Assembly: GCA_963723815.1 (NCBI GenBank)
Contig: CAVRSH010000045.1
Coordinates: 48,173-112,172, forward strand
From: an uncultured Actinomycetota bacterium
Lineage (GTDB): Bacteria > Actinomycetota > Actinomycetes > Propionibacteriales > Propionibacteriaceae
DNA length: 64,000 nucleotides
Reading direction: 5' to 3'
The translations under genes were made by a program, and so were the position numbers. Below the pieces are notes generated by a model, which did not search any database, was not told the DNA's origin, and was given only the letters and a program-made list of their open reading frames with translations. Shown here piece by piece: positions 57,955-64,000 of this stretch (position 1 is the stretch's first letter; the number at the start of each line of letters is the position of its first letter).

Positions 57955-59625
57955 TTGAAATTCCCCAATTCGTTCAAGAAGTCGCTGGCGGTGCTCGCCT
58001 CGGCCGCCCTTGCCGTGTCGCTGGCGTCCTGCGCCAAGAGTGAGCGCGCCCCGGAGGGCACGACCAGCGGCGCGACGAAGCCACGTTCGTCTTCGCTGCG
58101 TCGTCCGACCCGGTGATGCTCGATCCGGCGATGGCGAGCGACGGCGAGACGTTCCGGCCGGCCCGGCAGATGTTCGAGGGCCTGGTCAGCACCAAGCCCG
58201 GCACCACCGACACCGAGCCGCTTGCTGGCCACCAAGTGGGAGACGTCCAAGGACGGCCTCAGCTATACGTTCACGCTGCGTGACGGGGTCAAGTTCCACG
58301 ACGGGACCGACTTCAACGGCGCCGCGGTCTGCTACAACTTCGACCGCTGGTACAACTGGACCGGCGTCAACCAGAGCCAGAACATCAGCTACTACTACAC
58401 GAGCCTGTTCAAGGGTTTCAAGACCGGCAAGACCGGCGGCATCTACGACAGTTGCTCGGCGCCCAGCGCCAACCAGGCCGTGATCAAGCTGAAGAAGCCG
58501 TTCGCCGCGTTCGTCCAGGCGATGACCCTGCCGTCGTTCTCGATGCAGAGCCCGGACGCGCTGAAGAAGTACAACGCCGACAAGACCGAGGGCACCGAGA
58601 CGGACCCGCGCTTCTCCGAGTACGCGACGGCGCACCCGACCGGCACCGGACCGTTCATCTTCGACAAGTGGGATCGCGGCCAGCAGCTCACCCTGAAGCG
58701 CAACGACAACTACTGGGGTGACAAGGCCAAGGTCAGCACGGTGATCATCAAGACGATCTCCGACCCGAAGGCTCGGACCCAGGAACTGCAGGCCGGCAAC
58801 ATCGACGGGTACGACCTGGTCGGGCCGGCTGACGTGCAGCCGCTGAAGGACGCCGGCTTCCAGATCGTCAACCGCCCGGCGTTCAACATCTTGTACCTCG
58901 GGATGAATCAGAAGAACAAGGCGCTCGCCGACCCGAAGGTGCGGCAGGCCATCACCTACGCGATCGACCGGGCCGGCGTGGTGAAGTCCACGCTGCCGGA
59001 AGGTTCGGTCCCGGCCAAGGAGTTCATGCCGAACTCGGTCGAGGGCTACAACGACTCAGTGACCGAGTATCCGTACGACCTGCAGAAGGCCAAGGACCTG
59101 CTCAAGGAGGCCGGGCAGGAGAACCTGACGCTCAAGTTCGCCTACCCGACCGGCGTTTCGCGACCGTACATGCCGGCTCCGGAGGACACCTTCCAGGTGA
59201 TCAAGACCCAATTGGAGAAGGCCGGGATCAAGATCACGCCGGTGGCGGCCAAGTGGAGCCCGGACTACCTGGACATGATTCAAGGTGACGAGGGCGTCGA
59301 CAAGCACGACATCCACCTGCTCGGCTGGACCGGCGACTACAACGATCCGGACAACTTCCTGGGCGTCTTCTTCGGTCGCAAGTCCGCGGAATGGGGCTTC
59401 GACAACCCGAAGCTGTTCAAGGATCTGGCCGACGCCCGTGAGTTGCCGACGCGTGACGAGCAGATCCCCGTGTACAAGGAGATCAACGCCGAGATCGCCG
59501 ACTACGCTCCCGGGGTCCCGCTGGCCCATCCGGCGCCGTCTCTGGCCTTCGCCAAGGGTGTCCAGGGCTACGTCGCGAGCCCGGTGCAAGATGAGGTGTG
59601 GAACAACGTCACCGTGACCGGCTGA
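57955..59625 (+). CDS. Peptide ABC transporter substrate-binding lipoprotein (family 5; frameshifted)
   Basis: Lipobox LASC, YTFTLRDGVKFHDGTDF, PTGTGPF, GWTGDYNDPDNF. Confidence 0.92.
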
Positions 59626-59626
59626 G

Positions 59627-60640
59627 ATGCTGAGGTTCGTCATCCGGCGCCTGCTGTTGCTGGTGCCGGTACTGGTGGGCCTCAGCGTGCTGTTGTTCAT
59701 CTGGGTGCGCGCGCTGCCGGGAGATCCGGCGCGCGCGCTCCTGGGTGAGAAGGCCACGCCGGAGTTGATCGCCGCAGTCAATGCGACGTACGGCTTCGAC
59801 AAACCACTGGTGCAGCAGTACCTGACCTATACCAGCCGGTTGATCCGTGGTGATTTCGGTTCGTCACCGCGGACCGGGCTCCCGGTCCTGGAGACGTTCC
59901 AGGAGCGCTTTCCCGCCACGGTGGAACTCGCCATCTCGGCCTTGCTCTTCGCCATCGTGCTGGGTATCCCGATCGGCTACCTGGCGGCCAAGCGGGCCGG
60001 CGGCTGGGTGGATCGGACGTTCGTCGCCACCTCGCTGCTCGGCGTCGTGGTGCCGGTGTTCGTGCTGGCCTATCTGCTCAAGATCGTCTTCGCGGTCGGC
60101 CTGCCCGGTCCGCTGCACGTGCTGGCCGTCCTGCCGTCGTCGGGCCGGCAGGATCCGCGGATCGACGCGACCCACATCACCAACTTCTATGTGCTGGACG
60201 GACTGCTCACCCGGGAGTGGGACGCGGCCTGGGATGCGATCCTCCATCTCATCCTGCCGGCCATCGCCCTCGGCTGTATCCCGCTCGCGATCATCGTCCG
60301 GATGACCCGGGCCTCGGTGATCGACGTGCTGAACGAGGACTACGTCCGCACCGCGCAGGCCAAGGGGCTCTCGCAGTCCATGATCACCCGCCGGCACGTG
60401 CTGCGCAATGCCATGTTGCCGGTGACCACCACGATCGGCCTGATGACCGGAGCGCTGCTCGCCGGAGCCGTGCTCACCGAATCGGTGTTCGCCTTCAACG
60501 GCATCGGATCCTACCTGTTCGACGCCATCAGCAGCCTCGACTTCGTCGTGCTGCAAGGCTTCATCCTGTTCATCGCCGTGATCTACGCCGTGGTCAACCT
60601 GATCGTCGACCTGCTCTACGGCGTCATCGATCCCAGATGA
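59627..60640 (+). CDS. Peptide ABC transporter permease (DppB-like)
   Basis: LPGDPA, FPATVEL, EDYVRTAQAKGL, RHVLRNA. Confidence 0.93.
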   Translation: MLRFVIRRLLLLVPVLVGLSVLLFIWVRALPGDPARALLGEKATPELIAAVNATYGFDKPLVQQYLTYTSRLIRGDFGSSPRTGLPVLETFQERFPATVELAISALLFAIVLGIPIGYLAAKRAGGWVDRTFVATSLLGVVVPVFVLAYLLKIVFAVGLPGPLHVLAVLPSSGRQDPRIDATHITNFYVLDGLLTREWDAAWDAILHLILPAIALGCIPLAIIVRMTRASVIDVLNEDYVRTAQAKGLSQSMITRRHVLRNAMLPVTTTIGLMTGALLAGAVLTESVFAFNGIGSYLFDAISSLDFVVLQGFILFIAVIYAVVNLIVDLLYGVIDPR

Positions 60641-60729
60641 GGCTGCAGAGGCTGTCGCGCTCGCGCATGAGCGCTGGTTCCAGGCGGTCGCTCTTCGCGG
60701 GACGAAAAGCGTTCTCGCGCGTCAGTCCT

Positions 60730-61657
60730 ATGACTGCCGAGTCTTGAGGCCGGCGTCTCTCGGCCCTGATGACCGATTCGCTCGCGCGACGAGCGGGGCA
60801 CCAGCCTGTGGCAGGGGGCCTTCCAGCGCCTGCGGCGCAACCCGTCGGCGATCAGCGGCGCGATCATCGTGGCCGCGTTCATCCTGGTGGCGGTCTTCGC
60901 CCCGTTGATCGCCCCGTACGAGCCGGCCACGAGCGAGTGGATCGACCAGGTGACGCCCAGCAGCGTGCCCGGGCCATCACCCGGACACCTGCTCGGCCTC
61001 GACCCCTTCGGCTCCGACCTGTTCACCCAACTGGTCTACGGCGCCCGGCAGTCCTTGATCATCGGAGTCGTCTCGACCTGCCTCGGCCTGATCGGAGGTG
61101 CGATCCTCGGCATCGTCGCCGGCGGCATCGGGGGCAAGGTGGACACGCTCGTGATGCGCTTCGTCGACATCCTGCTGTCGATCCCCTCATTGCTGCTGGC
61201 GGTCAGCGTGGCCGCGGTGATCGGGCAGCGGCCGATCTCGATCATGATCGCCGTCGCCGCGGCCCAGGTGCCGATCTTCGCCCGGCTGCTGCGCGGTTCG
61301 ATGCTCGGCCAGCGCAACCAGGACTACGTCCTCGCGTCGGTGTCGCTCGGACTGCGCCGACGGACCATCGTGATGGGACACATCCTGCCCAACTCGCTCA
61401 GCCCGGTGATCGTCCAGGCGACTCTGGCGCTGGCCACGGCGATCATCGAGGTGGCCGCGCTGTCCTACCTCGGCCTGGGCGTGCCGGACCCGGCCACCGC
61501 CGAATGGGGCCGGATGCTGGTGAAAGCCCAGGACCGGATCCAAACAGACCCGCACCTGATGGTCCTGCCGGGTGTGTGCATCGCCATCACCGCACTGGGT
61601 TTCACGTTGCTGGGTGAGTCTCTGCGCGAGGCGCTCGACCCGAAGTCGAGGAGATGA
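60730..61657 (+). CDS. Peptide ABC transporter permease (DppC-like; 5' frameshift)
   Basis: HLLGLDPFGSDLF, HILPNSLSP, AEWGRML, GESLREALDP. Confidence 0.92.
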
Positions 61658-62743
61658 TCATGAGTTCGCCGAGCGTCGTCACGAGCAAGATCAGCAAGCG
61701 GGCGAGCCGCGAGCCCGTCGACCGGAGCCAGGTGCTGCTGGAGGTCAAGAACCTCAGCGTGATCTTCCGGCGCCGGGACGGCCAGCCGACCCGGGCCGTC
61801 GACGGCGTGTCTTTCACCGTCAAGCCCGGTGAAGTGGTCGGCATCGTGGGGGAGTCGGGAAGCGGCAAGTCGGTCACCTCGATGGCCGTCATGGGCCTGC
61901 TGCCCACCCGGGGCGTCCAGGTCAGCGGCGAGGCTCTCTACCGCGGGCGCAACCTGTTGACTCTGAGTCAGGGCGAGTTGTCCGACCTGCGCGGCCGCGA
62001 ACTCGCGATGGTCTTCCAGGATCCGATGAGCTCGCTGAACCCGGTGATCCCGGTCGGCGTGCAGGTGACGGAGGTGTTGCTCCGTCATCAGGACATCAGT
62101 CGTAACGAGGCCAAGGACGAGGCGGAGGACCTGCTGCGCCGCTGCGGCATCCCGGATCCGCGGCGGCGGCTGCGCGAGTATCCGCATCAGCTGTCCGGCG
62201 GGATGCGGCAGCGCGCCCTGATCGCGATCGCGCTGGCCTGCAAGCCGGCGTTGTTGATCTGCGACGAGCCGACGACGGCGCTGGACGTCACCATTCAGGC
62301 GCAGGTCCTCGAGTTGTTGAAGGAACTCGTCAATGATCTTGGTACGGCGATGGTGATGATCACCCACGATCTGGGTGTGGTCGCCGGGCTGTGCGACTTC
62401 GTCAATGTGATGTACGCGGGCCGGGTCGTCGAGTCGGCCGGTCGGCGGGAGCTGTTCCATCATCCGCGGCACCGCTACACCCACGGGCTGCTGAACTCGA
62501 TCCCGCGACTCGATGCCCCGCGCGGTGAGCCGCTGCAGCCCGATCCCGGGCACCCCGCGGGACACCATCGCCTGGTCCATGGCCTGCGCGTTCGCGCCGC
62601 GCTGCCGATTCGCCGCCGACGACTGCGTGGTCGACGACCTGGAACTGATGCCGATGGGCCGCGACAATCACTTCGTGCGTTGTGTCCACCCCGCGCCCGG
62701 AGTCGTCGGAATCTCAGCCCGCTCTGGCGCGCCTGGAGCTTGA
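61654..62743 (+). CDS. Peptide ABC transporter ATP-binding protein (DppD-like)
   Basis: [28 protein letters not shown]. Confidence 0.93.
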
Positions 62744-62768
62744 CCAGTCGGCACGAGGGGGAGTTGCC

Positions 62769-63855
62769 GTGAGCGAGGTGCTGCTCACCGTGCGCGGGCT
62801 GAAGGTGCATTTCCCGATCAAGCGCGGCCTGGTGTTCGACCGGACCGTGGGGCACGTCCGCGCGGTCGACGGCGTGGACCTCGACGTGGTGCGCGGTCAG
62901 ACCTTCGGGCTGGTGGGGGAGTCCGGGCTGCGGCAAGTCCACCCTGGGCCGGGCGATCCTGCGACTGGAGGAGCCGACCGGCGGCACGGTCGACTTCGAC
63001 GGTCAGGACCTCGGATCGCTCAAGCCGGAGCAGATGCGGCTGATCCGGCGGCGGATGCAGATGGTCTTCCAGGATCCGTTGGCCAGCCTGGACCCGCGGC
63101 AGTCGGTGGAGAGTTCGCTGACCCGGCCGCTGTCCGTGCACGGGCTGTCGGAGACCGACCGCCAGGAGTTCGGGAAGGATTCGGCCAAGGCCCACCTGGC
63201 GAAGGCGGCGTCGATGTTGGAGGTGGTCGGCCTGCCCCGTGCGGCGCTGGCCAAGTACCCGCACGAGTTCTCCGGCGGTCAGCGGCAGCGGATCGGCATC
63301 GCCCGGGCGATGATCTTGAATCCGGATCTGGTCATCGCCGACGAGCCGGTCAGCGCGCTCGACGTCTCCGTTCAGGCGCAGGTGATCAACCTGCTCGAGC
63401 ATCTGCAGGACATGTACGGGCTGACCTACATCGTGATCGCCCATGATCTTGCCGTGGTGCGGCACATCAGCGACACGATCGGTGTGATGTACCTCGGCCG
63501 GATGGTGGAGGTTGCGCCGAGTGACGACCTCTACGAGCAACCCCTGCACCCGTACACGATCGCCTTGATGTCGGCGATCCCGATCCCGGACCCGGACGTC
63601 GAGGATCGTCGCGAGCGGATCCTGCTCCGGGGTGATCTGCCGAGTCCGGCCAATCCGCCCTCGGGTTGCCGCTTCCACACCCGCTGCCCCTTTCGGCAGC
63701 CGACCCGGTGTGACACCGAGGAGCCCCAGCTGCGGGAGATCGACACCGCGGCGGCCGGGCGCAAGGTCGCTTGCCACTACGCCGAGCAGATCCTGACCGG
63801 CGAGATTGCCGTCCGGGATCCCGGTCTGGTGGTCGAGCCCACCATCGCGTCGTGA
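62769..63855 (+). CDS. Peptide ABC transporter ATP-binding protein (DppF-like; frameshift near 62925)
   Basis: GESG(C)[36 protein letters not shown]. Confidence 0.93.
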
Positions 63856-63913
63856 TCCAGCGACATGCGTCACGGCCGGCGGAAGTGTCAGGGCCATGGG
63901 TGAGGATGGACCC

Positions 63914-64000
63914 GTGCAACAGCTCTTCTTCGATCAGTTCGACTCCCAGGTGGGCGTGATCGGCATCCTGGCCGGCCCGGCGGGGGTCCGCGGGATCGGT
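63914..64000 (+). CDS. 5' fragment, possibly a methylated-DNA--protein-cysteine methyltransferase
   Basis: VQQLFFDQFDSQVGVIGILAGPAGVRGIG resembles the Ogt N-terminus; truncated by the window edge. Confidence 0.3.
   Translation, partial: MQQLFFDQFDSQVGVIGILAGPAGVRGIG

Overview
High-GC actinobacterial chromosome segment (Propionibacteriales/Nocardioidaceae-like gene order). The backbone is tig-clpP1-clpP2-clpX, valS-folC-DUF4233, an mrp Na+/H+ antiporter operon, TIGR03960/TIGR03936, rne, rplU-rpmA-obgE-proB and a dpp/opp ABC operon. Many genes, including essential ones, are split by single-base frameshifts. These are most likely long-read indel errors, so genes are given as reconstructed spans. 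Two accessory regions stand out. (1) About 10.5-16 kb: an HNH remnant, a HEPN-motif gene, an IS256 element flanked by a 147-bp direct repeat, a perfect 37-bp inverted repeat bracketing about 650 bp, and an atypical long NDK-like gene. (2) About 24.3-31.4 kb: a candidate conflict/defence island with a TIR-domain protein, a MoxR AAA ATPase, a vWA-like/TPR protein, an antisense TRPM-type SLOG protein and a patatin phospholipase. Also present are an orphan Hcp-like gene, a SARP regulator with matching 11-bp-periodic repeats upstream of both neighbouring genes, and ClgR and IdeR boxes. All family calls come from motif recognition by eye, not from database searches.
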